Below, one piece after another: positions 10,448-19,471 of a stretch of DNA of 64,000 nucleotides (within the stretch, counting starts at the first letter, position 1; each line of letters begins with the position of its first letter). The position numbers and the translations under genes were made by a program. Origin of the DNA: Armatimonadota bacterium (GTDB lineage Bacteria > Armatimonadota > HRBIN16); the NCBI GenBank assembly GCA_963677485.1, contig OY781964.1:1408001-1472000 (forward strand), given 5' to 3'. Below the pieces are notes generated by a model. The model was not told the origin of the DNA and searched no databases. It worked only from the letters and a program-made list of their open reading frames with translations.

Positions 10448-11350
10448 ATGGGCACCAATCGAATCGCCCTTCTGATCTCCGGCGGATTACTCGCGTTGTT
10501 CAGCTTCACCCTCCCGATAGCTCCAGCTCAGGCTCAGAATGACCTGCGCAGTATCGCTACGCAGATCGTCAGCGAGATGACCAAAGACCCACAACTGGCG
10601 GCTTTGAAAGGCAAAAAGCTGCTCATCGCCGAGTTTGACAACCTCGGCGGGCAGCCCGATTCCACTCCACATATGTTTGAAGGGATGCTGACCACCGCGA
10701 TGGTAAAGTCACTACATTTCAAGGTGGTGGATAGGGCTCTGCTTGAGAAGTGCCTCAAGAAGAATGGCCTGAGTATGCGCACCCTGTCTGACCCAGAAAA
10801 CGCCAAGAAGGTCGGCAAATTGCTTGGAGCACCTTACCTCATAGTCGGGGACATCTCGGCGATTGGTAGCAGCATCTCCGTAGATGCACGGGTTGTCAGC
10901 ATCGAGACCTTCGACTGCATCGCAGCCTGTTTCGCGGGGAATGCACTTGTGCCGGGTCAGCCTTCAGCCAACTCCAGCGATACGAATGGGGCAGACAAGC
11001 CCACGGCAGCTTATACCTCCCTCATCATCAACGCCGGAGAATTCACGCTCAAACGGGTGATGGCACCGAAAATCCGCCTGGCCGATGGCTCCGAAATCTG
11101 GGGCTTCGTGGAGGGCGATCTAGACTGGATATCCGAAAACGGGATGGTCTCCTACGCCGCCAGCCTCGATCAAGCCATGGCAGACAAGCGCGCTGGCAAC
11201 AATCCGCTGATCATCAACGCCACTGGGGTATACGATAGCCCAGGTAAGAGCGATCCGGTGGTAGACGAGGCCGACGCAAAGATCATCGAAGAGGCCAACA
11301 AAGTTTCGAAATTCCTGACCAAGTATAAGGTGGTCTTTGTCTCCAAATAG
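10448..11350 (+). CDS. Secreted CsgG/FlgO-family domain protein
   Basis: AGAGGAGG RBS, signal peptide, FKVVDR...KVGKLLGA.YLIVG...DARVV motif. Confidence 0.7.
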   Translation: MGTNRIALLISGGLLALFSFTLPIAPAQAQNDLRSIATQIVSEMTKDPQLAALKGKKLLIAEFDNLGGQPDSTPHMFEGMLTTAMVKSLHFKVVDRALLEKCLKKNGLSMRTLSDPENAKKVGKLLGAPYLIVGDISAIGSSISVDARVVSIETFDCIAACFAGNALVPGQPSANSSDTNGADKPTAAYTSLIINAGEFTLKRVMAPKIRLADGSEIWGFVEGDLDWISENGMVSYAASLDQAMADKRAGNNPLIINATGVYDSPGKSDPVVDEADAKIIEEANKVSKFLTKYKVVFVSK

Positions 11351-11442
11351 ACAACTTCATTCGACATAACTCGGAAACACCTTCACTGGGCTGCCCTTGA
11401 TGCGGTTCGTGGTGTATAATTTCACCAGAACACATCCAACCG

Positions 11443-12840
11443 ATGAAGGTGAGAGTCATGGCATCTGCATCAAAGCAACGCCCTAACGTAATCTGTATAC
11501 TGGCCGACGACATGGGTTGGATGGACACCAGCCTGTATGGCAGCCAGTTCCATCGCACACCTCACATCGATGCCCTGATGCGCCGCGGGATGCGCTTCAC
11601 AAACGCCTACGCTGCCAACCCGCTCTGCTCGCCCACACGGGCCAGCATTGCCACCGGTTTATGGCCCTCACGTATTGGCCTCACCACCCCGGCAGGGCAC
11701 CTTCCGCAGGTGGTGCTGGAGCAGACGGTGCCAGAAAAAGGCGGACCGAATGCCCGAATGTGCGAGCCTAACAGCCTGACCCGACTTAAGCAAGAGTATT
11801 TCACGCTGGCGGAGGCCTTCAAGCAGGCCGGTTACAACACGGCCCACATCGGCAAGTGGCACCTGGGCAGTGAGCCCTACGATCCGCTGCATCAGGGTTA
11901 TGATGTTGACATCCCGCACACACCCGGCCCAGGACCCACCAGCTACTTCGGCCCGTGGAAATACCCCACCTACAAGGGTAAGAAGGGCGAACACCTGGAA
12001 GACGCCATGTCGAGTTGTGCCTGCGAGTACATCCGTACTCATCGCGATGAGCCGTTCTTCATGGCGTACTGGGCATTTTCTGTTCATGCGCCGTTCCAGG
12101 CGAAAGAAGATTTGATGGAGATCTACAGACTGCGGGCAGATGCCAAAAATCCCCAGCGTAACCCGATTATGGGGGCCATGCTGGCCTCATTTGATCAGGC
12201 GATCGGCAAGCTGATGAGCTCCCTGCGCGAGAACGGACTGGAAGAGAACACCATCATCCTGTTCCTGAGTGACAACGGCGGGATGATGTATGAGACACCT
12301 GGCGGGGTGGTCACCACCAGCAACGCCCCTCTGCGCGGCGGTAAAGCCACCATCTACGAGGGCGGTACTCGGGTTCCCTGGGCGGTGATCTGGCCCGGGC
12401 ATATCAAGCCGAACAGCGTGAACAACACGGACATCATTCAGAGCATTGATGTGTTCCCCACGCTGGCCGATATCTGTCATCTGCCCGAGCCGGACTATCC
12501 CATGGACGGCATCAGCATCGCCCCGGCGTTGATGGGCCAGCGTCTGAAGCGCGACACCATCTTCTGCCACTTCCCGCATACCGTCGCCGCGACCTTTTCC
12601 CCGGCCGCCAGTTACGTTCGCGAAGGCGACTGGAAGCTGGTGCGGGTGTATTGCATCAACGACGACGGCAGCGACCGGCTGGAGCTCTACAACTTGAAGC
12701 ATGACCTCAGCGAGGTTCGCGATGTCGCCGCAAAATACCCGGATGTTGTCAAGCGGCTGTACAAGAAGATGGATGGCTTCATCAAGCAAAGCGGCTCCAA
12801 GCTGCCGCACATGAACCCCAACTGGAAGCCGAAGGGATAG
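11443..12840 (+). CDS. Sulfatase (Cys-type, formylglycine-dependent)
   Basis: RPNVICILADDMG, CSPTRAS, GKWHLG, SDNGG motifs. Confidence 0.92.
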   Translation: MKVRVMASASKQRPNVICILADDMGWMDTSLYGSQFHRTPHIDALMRRGMRFTNAYAANPLCSPTRASIATGLWPSRIGLTTPAGHLPQVVLEQTVPEKGGPNARMCEPNSLTRLKQEYFTLAEAFKQAGYNTAHIGKWHLGSEPYDPLHQGYDVDIPHTPGPGPTSYFGPWKYPTYKGKKGEHLEDAMSSCACEYIRTHRDEPFFMAYWAFSVHAPFQAKEDLMEIYRLRADAKNPQRNPIMGAMLASFDQAIGKLMSSLRENGLEENTIILFLSDNGGMMYETPGGVVTTSNAPLRGGKATIYEGGTRVPWAVIWPGHIKPNSVNNTDIIQSIDVFPTLADICHLPEPDYPMDGISIAPALMGQRLKRDTIFCHFPHTVAATFSPAASYVREGDWKLVRVYCINDDGSDRLELYNLKHDLSEVRDVAAKYPDVVKRLYKKMDGFIKQSGSKLPHMNPNWKPKG

Positions 12841-13222
12841 CAGTTGAGCGAAGGAGTCCGGAGGGTAATTGACGCTCTGCGGTCGTTGCTCTCAGGCCTG
12901 CAAAACTCCTCCTGGGTGTTTAGTATCGCCAGGCGATACTATTTGCTGGGTTGTTACGCGAATTTGATGGGTCTTGTAAATATAAACTACCTGCTTTTCT
13001 GCACTGGTGACTGTCCTTTTTAATTTGCGTTGTTAAAACCGCCACTTCGGTCACTTCATGGTCTTGACAACGTAAATGAAAAAGGGTACATATACTTCAT
13101 AGCTGAACATGAAATATCGATGTTCGCTTACCTCCAACAACCAAATAGCAAGTAAATAACCAAGGAATATGGTGAAATGTCCATATCCTCAATCTAGCTA
13201 ATAAGGAAGTAAGTGCAACACA

Positions 13223-13951
13223 ATGAACAATGCTGTTTTTCTAACTGGCCTGGTGGCTACAGGCACGCTTTTCGCGGTGGCGTCTCACGCGGTCGAATCC
13301 TACGACATGTGGTTTGGCGATGCCGCCGGTGCTCCCATCACATCCGTTAATGTTGATACTGGCGGCAGTGTCGAACTATCTATGTGGGCTAGTTCCGATG
13401 AGGCCGTCAACATGGTCGAAGCGCGATGGGCGCTGAAAGACGGTCTGGATTTCCCTCTTGACAGAGCGTCCATTGTGTTTTGCCAATCCGCTGGCGGATC
13501 CTCTGGTGACCTCAAATCCAAAGACTTTTCAGCGGTGACAGCGGAAGAGGCAACTGCAGGATATGTGCATGCGGCAGGGCTGAGTTGGTACTCATCAGTT
13601 TCTGCCCGTGATGATCCTTCTGATAATCCCATCTACAATCCTGGTGGTACACCAGGGGCGAAATTCAAGGTCTTCACATTTACCGTAACTAACAGCTCCC
13701 TGACAGCAGGCCAAAGCAGTATGATTTCGTTATTGGCCGCCGGAGGTACGCAAGACACATCGATGTTTCAACACATTGCTTACAATGGCGGCACTACTGA
13801 CAATACTTACACTCTATTCCAACCGAGCAAACAGTACGATGTCCGAATTAACGCTATACCAGAGCCAGGCAGCCTGGCAGGCATGGCTGCGGCAGGGGTG
13901 GGAGTGCTGGTGCCCAGGTTGAAGCGACGTATAAAACACCGCTCCGGTTGA
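13223..13951 (+). CDS. PEP-CTERM sorting domain protein
   Basis: Signal peptide; C-terminal IPEPGSL, hydrophobic stretch and basic tail RLKRR. Confidence 0.85.
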   Translation: MNNAVFLTGLVATGTLFAVASHAVESYDMWFGDAAGAPITSVNVDTGGSVELSMWASSDEAVNMVEARWALKDGLDFPLDRASIVFCQSAGGSSGDLKSKDFSAVTAEEATAGYVHAAGLSWYSSVSARDDPSDNPIYNPGGTPGAKFKVFTFTVTNSSLTAGQSSMISLLAAGGTQDTSMFQHIAYNGGTTDNTYTLFQPSKQYDVRINAIPEPGSLAGMAAAGVGVLVPRLKRRIKHRSG

Positions 13952-14056
13952 GGCAGCTATCCGCCTCCAAACCTCAGGCCATAAACGGCATATTCAGTGA
14001 GAAGTTTGGTGAGTTTTTGACTTACCTGCTATCTAGCGATCGAAGGAGACCTAACC

Positions 14057-15964
14057 ATGAGCCGAGTATCTGCATTTGTCTTTTCAACGTGTTTTACCGC
14101 ACTTACTCTTCATGCCTTGACACTGCCTGCGCATGCCGCTGCACCAACTATTACATCTTTCACACCAACCAGCGGTCCGGTTGGGACGAATCCTGTTACC
14201 ATAACCGGCACCGGCTTCACTTCAGGCTCGCTGTCAGTAAAATTCAACGGCACCTCAGCATTAACAAAAACGTTCGTAAATAGTACAACAGTCACCGCTA
14301 AAGTGCCCTCTGACGCGACCACCGGTCCGATATCCGTCACAGCGACAGGCGGCACGGCGACGAGTGTGGCTTACTTCTACTTGCCTCCGACTGTAGGCAC
14401 CGTTACCAGCGGAGCAGTCGGTGCTGTCGTCACTATTCCCGGCACCAACTTTACAGGTGCGACTGTTGTGACATTCAATGGAACAAGTGCGTCCAACTTC
14501 ACAGTGGTAAGCAACACATCAATCACAGCCACCGTACCCGAATACGCGACAACTGGTAAAATATCCGTCACCACACCAGGCGGTACGGCAACGAGCTCGG
14601 GTAACTTTACTGTCAATTACGATGCTCCCACTATCACCTCATTCACACCAGTAGGCGGAGTGGCAGGTACCACACCAGTCACCATTACCGGCACCGGGTT
14701 TGTATCTGTGTTATCGCTGGCATTTAACGGCACGAATGCGCCCACCTTTACAGTGGACAGTAACACATCCATCACCGTCACAGTGCCCATAAGTGCGACT
14801 TCCGGTATAATATCTGTCACCACACCAGGCGGCACTGCAACGAGCGTAAGCTTCGGAGTGTACGTTGCGACCTCACTGCAGGTCAACGTCACCGCCGGTG
14901 ATCTATATGCACACCCACGCAGTGGTATCACGCTCAATTACATCCTCAGCGGGCCCCAATACTACACCGGCACGTTGCCAGTTGGCGGTGGTGAAATAAC
15001 GGATATTATGCCCGGTAGTTACCACTTAACTATTACCGGAGGCCACTGGCTCAAACGCACTATTACAGGTATCACAGTGGATGGTGTGAACGTCATCAAC
15101 ACATCGCTCGCTAACGGCGATGCTGATGGCGGAAACAGCGTCAACCTGTTTGATTTCACCGTCCTAGATAGCAAGTTTCGCAGTGTTGTTGACACTATGG
15201 CTGACCTGGATGGTGACGGCCACGTAAATCTGATGGACTACGTGATTATTGATAAAAACTTCGGAGCTCTTGGTGATACAAATAACCCTGTCGATGGTGC
15301 TGAGATGGTTTGGGTACCCGCGGGTGATTTTACCATGGGGGATGACGCATATCAAACTTCACAATACGCGCATACCGTGACTCTGGATGGCTTCTGGATG
15401 TATAAATACGAGGTGACCGTGGCTCAATACCGTCAGTTCTGCACAGCGACTGCCAGAGCAATGCCCACAGCACCGACTGGAGGCTGGCTAGAAGACCATC
15501 CCATAGTTAATGTAAATTGGGCAGACGCTACAGCCTACTGCACTTGGGCAGGCATGAGCTTGCCCACAGAAGCGCAATGGGAAAAGGCTGCGCGCAGTGC
15601 CGATACACGACTATATCCCTGGGGTGACACGTGGGATGAGACCAAGTGTACCAATGGCACCGTATCTGTTACGTCCTCAAGGCCCGTGGGCAGTTTTCCA
15701 GCGGGTGTCAGTCCGTATGGTTGTATGGATATGGCCGGCAACGTGGAAGAATGGTGTAGTGATTGGTGGAAATCAGGCTATACCGACGAACCCACCATCA
15801 ATCCGACAGGTCCCACTACTGGCACCAATTCATACAAAGTGGTGCGCGGGGGTGGGTGGAATTCGATAGCTATGGACTCCTTCCAATGCGCCCGCCGGGC
15901 TATCGGTTACTCCAAAGCGGCAATTCAACCATACCGCGGGTTTCGCTGTGCCAAGACTCCTTAG
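14057..15964 (+). CDS. Secreted protein: three IPT/TIG repeats, dockerin-like EF-hand pair and FGE-sulfatase (SUMF1-like) domain
   Basis: PTITSFTP repeats; GDADGGNSVNLFD and DLDGDGHVNLMD; EVTVAQY, LPTEAQWEKAAR, DMAGNVEEW, RGGGW, GFRC. Confidence 0.85.
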   Translation: MSRVSAFVFSTCFTALTLHALTLPAHAAAPTITSFTPTSGPVGTNPVTITGTGFTSGSLSVKFNGTSALTKTFVNSTTVTAKVPSDATTGPISVTATGGTATSVAYFYLPPTVGTVTSGAVGAVVTIPGTNFTGATVVTFNGTSASNFTVVSNTSITATVPEYATTGKISVTTPGGTATSSGNFTVNYDAPTITSFTPVGGVAGTTPVTITGTGFVSVLSLAFNGTNAPTFTVDSNTSITVTVPISATSGIISVTTPGGTATSVSFGVYVATSLQVNVTAGDLYAHPRSGITLNYILSGPQYYTGTLPVGGGEITDIMPGSYHLTITGGHWLKRTITGITVDGVNVINTSLANGDADGGNSVNLFDFTVLDSKFRSVVDTMADLDGDGHVNLMDYVIIDKNFGALGDTNNPVDGAEMVWVPAGDFTMGDDAYQTSQYAHTVTLDGFWMYKYEVTVAQYRQFCTATARAMPTAPTGGWLEDHPIVNVNWADATAYCTWAGMSLPTEAQWEKAARSADTRLYPWGDTWDETKCTNGTVSVTSSRPVGSFPAGVSPYGCMDMAGNVEEWCSDWWKSGYTDEPTINPTGPTTGTNSYKVVRGGGWNSIAMDSFQCARRAIGYSKAAIQPYRGFRCAKTP

Positions 15965-15973
15965 TAGTTAAAC

Positions 15974-16006
15974 GCCCGCCTGGCCGCATACTGCGGTCAG
16001 GCGGGC
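15974..16006 (+). terminator. GC-rich hairpin after the FGE-domain gene
   Basis: gcccgcctggccgca-tac-tgcggtcaggcgggc. No long U-tract. Confidence 0.45.
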
Positions 16007-16213
16007 TACGGGCCTGAGGATTCGCAACTCATCCCATCCTCGGTAAAACTGAGTTCCGCAGTTCGCATGGTGAATGAACCGGTTTTGTGATCAGGACGGC
16101 ATTTCAAATGCCTGTATTTTGCCTGGCGATCAACAACAATAACTCATCGTAAAGTCGTTAGATATCCGTGAATAACCTATCAACTGAGGAACTCGGGCTA
16201 ATCACCACAGCCG

Positions 16214-16470
16214 TCATCCCAAGCGCCTGGCCGCCCGCACACGAAAAACATGGGTGCGGATATCCGCCATCTCGAAAGCGATCACCGACACTCCGTGCCA
16301 CTCCAAAGGACGGTCGACAAACAGCTCCTCCACATCACAAGGCTGACCCAGCTTGATGCTCTTTTGGCCAGGATGGTTGCTGTGGATGGTGATGGTTCCG
16401 TTGCCGGCGTAACACGCCGTTTCGACGTTTGATCTCGCATCGGGGAAATCTGTTCGGGAGTGCGGGTCTG
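16214..16470 (-). pseudogene. Start-less C-terminal gene fragment resembling the tail of beta-galactosidase-like proteins
   Basis: Manual translation gives ...CYAGNGTITIHSNHPGQKSIKLGQPCDVEELF...THVFRVRAARRLG*. There is an upstream in-frame stop and no start codon. Confidence 0.4.
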
Positions 16471-16729
16471 TTCATTTGTTAAGCCTCATACCGGTGGATT
16501 TATCATGTGATGACCGTTCAACAATCAATCTACCACGCTTTACCGGTAGATTCGTGAATATGGATAGAACATCCCACTGCATGGATTTCCGTGCTAAACT
16601 AGAAATCAGGCCATGCTGTGCCACCGAATCAGCCCGCAGATAGGCCAAAGTAAATAAGGATGCGGTACGCTGGCCGCACCACCAACATTTTCTCTATGAG
16701 CTTCGAGCGAACCCCCTGGAGGAGTAACC

Positions 16730-18148
16730 ATGAAGATTGCCATCATTGGCGCGGGAAGCATTGTCTTCGCCAAAACGCTCATCAACGACATTCTGTCAAC
16801 GCCGGCACTGCAAGGATGCGAGCTGGCTCTGATGGCCCCCACCGAGCCCAAACTGCGGCGTATGGAAGCCTTCGTGAATCGCATGATCACGGAGAACGGA
16901 CTACCCGCCTCAGTGTATGCCACCACCGACCGGCGTGACGCCATCACGGACGCCGATTTCGTGATCTGCATGGTGCAGGTGGGCGGTGTGGACGCCTTCA
17001 AGATCGACTATGAAATCCCCATGAAATACGGCGTCGATCAATGCATCGGCGACAGCCTGGGCCCAGGCGGCGTGTTCCGGTTGCTGCGCAGTATGCCCGT
17101 AATGCAGGGGATGATGAAGGACATCGAAGAGGTCGCCAAACCGGGCGCCATTCTGCTGAACTACACCAACCCGATGGGCGCGGTGTGTACCGGTCTTGGC
17201 CGCATTTCGAATGTGCCCTCCATAGGACTCTGCCATGGTGTGCAGACCACGCTGGACCTGATCAGCGGATATGTGGATGTTCCAAAACCGCAGATCGACT
17301 ACCTCTGCGCGGGCATCAACCATATGACCTGGTTCCTGAAGCTGGAGCATGAGGGCAAAGACCTCTACCCGCTGTTCAAAGAGCGTTGCGAACTGCCGGA
17401 ATACTACATCAACGAAAAGGTCCGTATCGAAGTGATGCGCCATTTCGGATATTTCATGACCGAATCCACCGGCCACCTCAGCGAGTATGTGCCCTGGTTC
17501 CGCAGTAGTCAGCGCGGTCTGGACACCTACTGCGATGAGCCCGATTTCGGCGGTGCCACCGGTGCGTATTACAAATATTGCGATTTCATCGCCGACAAAT
17601 ACTCCAAGGTCGACCCGCTGCAGTTCGAGAGTCCAGTGCTGCTGCCGCGCTCCGCGGAGTATTGCAGTTACATCCTTGAAGCCCACGTCACCGGCCGACC
17701 GTTCCGGCTGCAAGGCAACGTGCGCAACGACGGCTACATCACCAACCTGCCTCAAGGCTGCTGCGTAGAGGTGCCCGTCTACGTCGACCGAGAGGGTCTG
17801 CACCCGCTGCACATCGGCGATCTGCCGATGCAGTGCGCCGCACTGAACCAGAGCAACGTGACCGTGCAGGCACTGGCTGTGGAGGCCGCTCTGACTGGCA
17901 ACCCCGAATATGTGATGCAGGCTGTGGCGATGGATCCGCTGACCAGCGCCTGCTGCACCCTGAACGAGGCACGCGAGATGACCGCGGAGATGCTGGCCAA
18001 AGAGGCGAAATGGCTGCCGCAGTTTGAGGGCAAATCGCTGAAGGCGACTCCCGCCGTGATCATCCCTGCGGATGTGAAACGCGCTGAGGTGCCCACCGAC
18101 CCCGCGCTGGCCATCGGCAAGCGATTCGGCACCCTGGCTACGCAGTAA
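16730..18148 (+). CDS. melA: NAD-dependent alpha-galactosidase/alpha-glucosidase, GH4
   Basis: IIGAGS, DSLGPGG, LNYTNPM, GLCHG, GINH, TESTGHLSEYVPWF. Confidence 0.88.
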   Translation: MKIAIIGAGSIVFAKTLINDILSTPALQGCELALMAPTEPKLRRMEAFVNRMITENGLPASVYATTDRRDAITDADFVICMVQVGGVDAFKIDYEIPMKYGVDQCIGDSLGPGGVFRLLRSMPVMQGMMKDIEEVAKPGAILLNYTNPMGAVCTGLGRISNVPSIGLCHGVQTTLDLISGYVDVPKPQIDYLCAGINHMTWFLKLEHEGKDLYPLFKERCELPEYYINEKVRIEVMRHFGYFMTESTGHLSEYVPWFRSSQRGLDTYCDEPDFGGATGAYYKYCDFIADKYSKVDPLQFESPVLLPRSAEYCSYILEAHVTGRPFRLQGNVRNDGYITNLPQGCCVEVPVYVDREGLHPLHIGDLPMQCAALNQSNVTVQALAVEAALTGNPEYVMQAVAMDPLTSACCTLNEAREMTAEMLAKEAKWLPQFEGKSLKATPAVIIPADVKRAEVPTDPALAIGKRFGTLATQ

Positions 18149-18159
18149 GGCGCGAAGGC

Positions 18160-18186
18160 GTAGGGGCGAGGTGACCTCGCCCCTAC
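18160..18186. repeat. GTAG-type REP palindrome
   Basis: gtaggggcgagg-tga-cctcgcccctac. Confidence 0.7.
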
Positions 18187-18219
18187 GGCCGCATGGCTCC
18201 GCCCTATCGACACGTAATG

Positions 18220-18320
18220 TCCCAATTCGCGACGCGCTGCGTCGCGAATTGAGTTAGACACATTTCGACACACTGCTACCCAATTTGGAACGCACTGCGT
18301 TCCAAATTGGGTAGGCCACA
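18220..18320. repeat. Two perfect palindromes homologous to an internal segment of the downstream yhcG gene
   Basis: 13-bp IR at 18223-18251 and 18-bp IR at 18277-18313. Both match the in-gene palindrome at 18634-18662. Confidence 0.8.
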
Positions 18321-18344
18321 CGACCTTCACGAGGAGGTTGTTCG

Positions 18345-19394
18345 ATGACCGATGAGATAATATCCACCACCACGATGGATGGTCTGCTAACTCAATTACG
18401 CGGACTGATCCAGGATGCGCGTCAGCAAGCGTTACGCGCCGTGGATGTAGTTCAAGTACGAACCTGCTGGGAGGTCGGACGCCATATTGTGGAGTATGAA
18501 CAGGGTGGTGCGGATCGCGCGCAGTATGGCCAGAAGCTTCTATTACGTCTGGCAGAGCGGCTGACAGACGAGTTCGGCAGTGGGTTCGACCAACGCAACC
18601 TCAGACATATGCGGTCATTCTACCAAGAATTCCCAATTTGGTACGCAGTGCGTACCGAATTGAGTTGGACACACTACCGCACCATATTGCGAGTTGATGA
18701 TCCAAACGCCCGCGAGTGGTACATGGATGAAGCTGCGACACAAAACTGGAGCACTCGGACATTGGAACGCCAGATCGGCACCCTCTATTACGAGCGGTTG
18801 CTGGCATCACAAGACCGTAAAGCCGTGGTCGATGAGGCGGTGTCCAACATCGCACCGCTGCAAAAAAGCCCTCGGGAGTTCGTCCATGATCCGGTGATGC
18901 TGGAGTTCCTGGGTCTGCCCGACAGCGGGCGTCTACTGGAAGCCGATCTGGAGAAAGGGATCATTGATAACCTCCAGCAGTTCCTTATGGAGCTGGGTAA
19001 GGGCTTTGCATTCGTCGCGCGTCAGCAGCGGATCAGCACGGAGAGCACAGACTTCTATATCGATCTCGTGTTCTACAACTACATCCTAAAGTGCTTCGTG
19101 CTGTTTGACATCAAGACTGGCAAACTATCGCACCAAGACATCGGTCAGATGGATATGTATATCCGCATGTATGATGACTTGAAGTGTGCCCCCGACGACA
19201 ATCCCACGGTGGGCATCGTGTTGTGTGCTCAAAAAGATGCGTCGGTGGCACGATATTCGGTTCTGCATGAGCACGAGTACCTGTTCGCCTCACGGTATAG
19301 ACTGGTGCTGCCATCAGAGGAAGCACTTCAGGCCGAACTCGATCGTGAACATAACCGGTTGATGGAACAGTATACCGAATACCGCATGAACTAA
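18345..19394 (+). CDS. yhcG: YhcG/DUF1016 PD-(D/E)XK nuclease family protein
   Basis: WEVGRHIVEYEQ.G..RA.YG, LSWTHYR, ELGKGFAFVARQ, IDLVFYN, DIGQMDMY, DNPTVGIVLC. Confidence 0.9.
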   Translation: MTDEIISTTTMDGLLTQLRGLIQDARQQALRAVDVVQVRTCWEVGRHIVEYEQGGADRAQYGQKLLLRLAERLTDEFGSGFDQRNLRHMRSFYQEFPIWYAVRTELSWTHYRTILRVDDPNAREWYMDEAATQNWSTRTLERQIGTLYYERLLASQDRKAVVDEAVSNIAPLQKSPREFVHDPVMLEFLGLPDSGRLLEADLEKGIIDNLQQFLMELGKGFAFVARQQRISTESTDFYIDLVFYNYILKCFVLFDIKTGKLSHQDIGQMDMYIRMYDDLKCAPDDNPTVGIVLCAQKDASVARYSVLHEHEYLFASRYRLVLPSEEALQAELDREHNRLMEQYTEYRMN

Positions 19395-19471
19395 GCCTTG
19401 GCTGATACCCCCCTGCATCATCGGCTCCGGTTTCGCTGTACAATACAACAAATAACCACTCGGAGGACGAC

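Noticed and set aside
15835-15964. Diversity-generating retroelement: the FGE/C-type-lectin C-terminus resembles a DGR variable region, and the window contains an RT
   Set aside because: No adenine-variant template repeat was found in the window, and the RT sits inside a complete group II intron. A remote template elsewhere in the genome cannot be excluded.
14057-15964. Formylglycine-generating enzyme maturing the nearby sulfatase
   Set aside because: The protein is secreted and multidomain, and it lacks the catalytic Cys pair after RGG (RGGGWNS).
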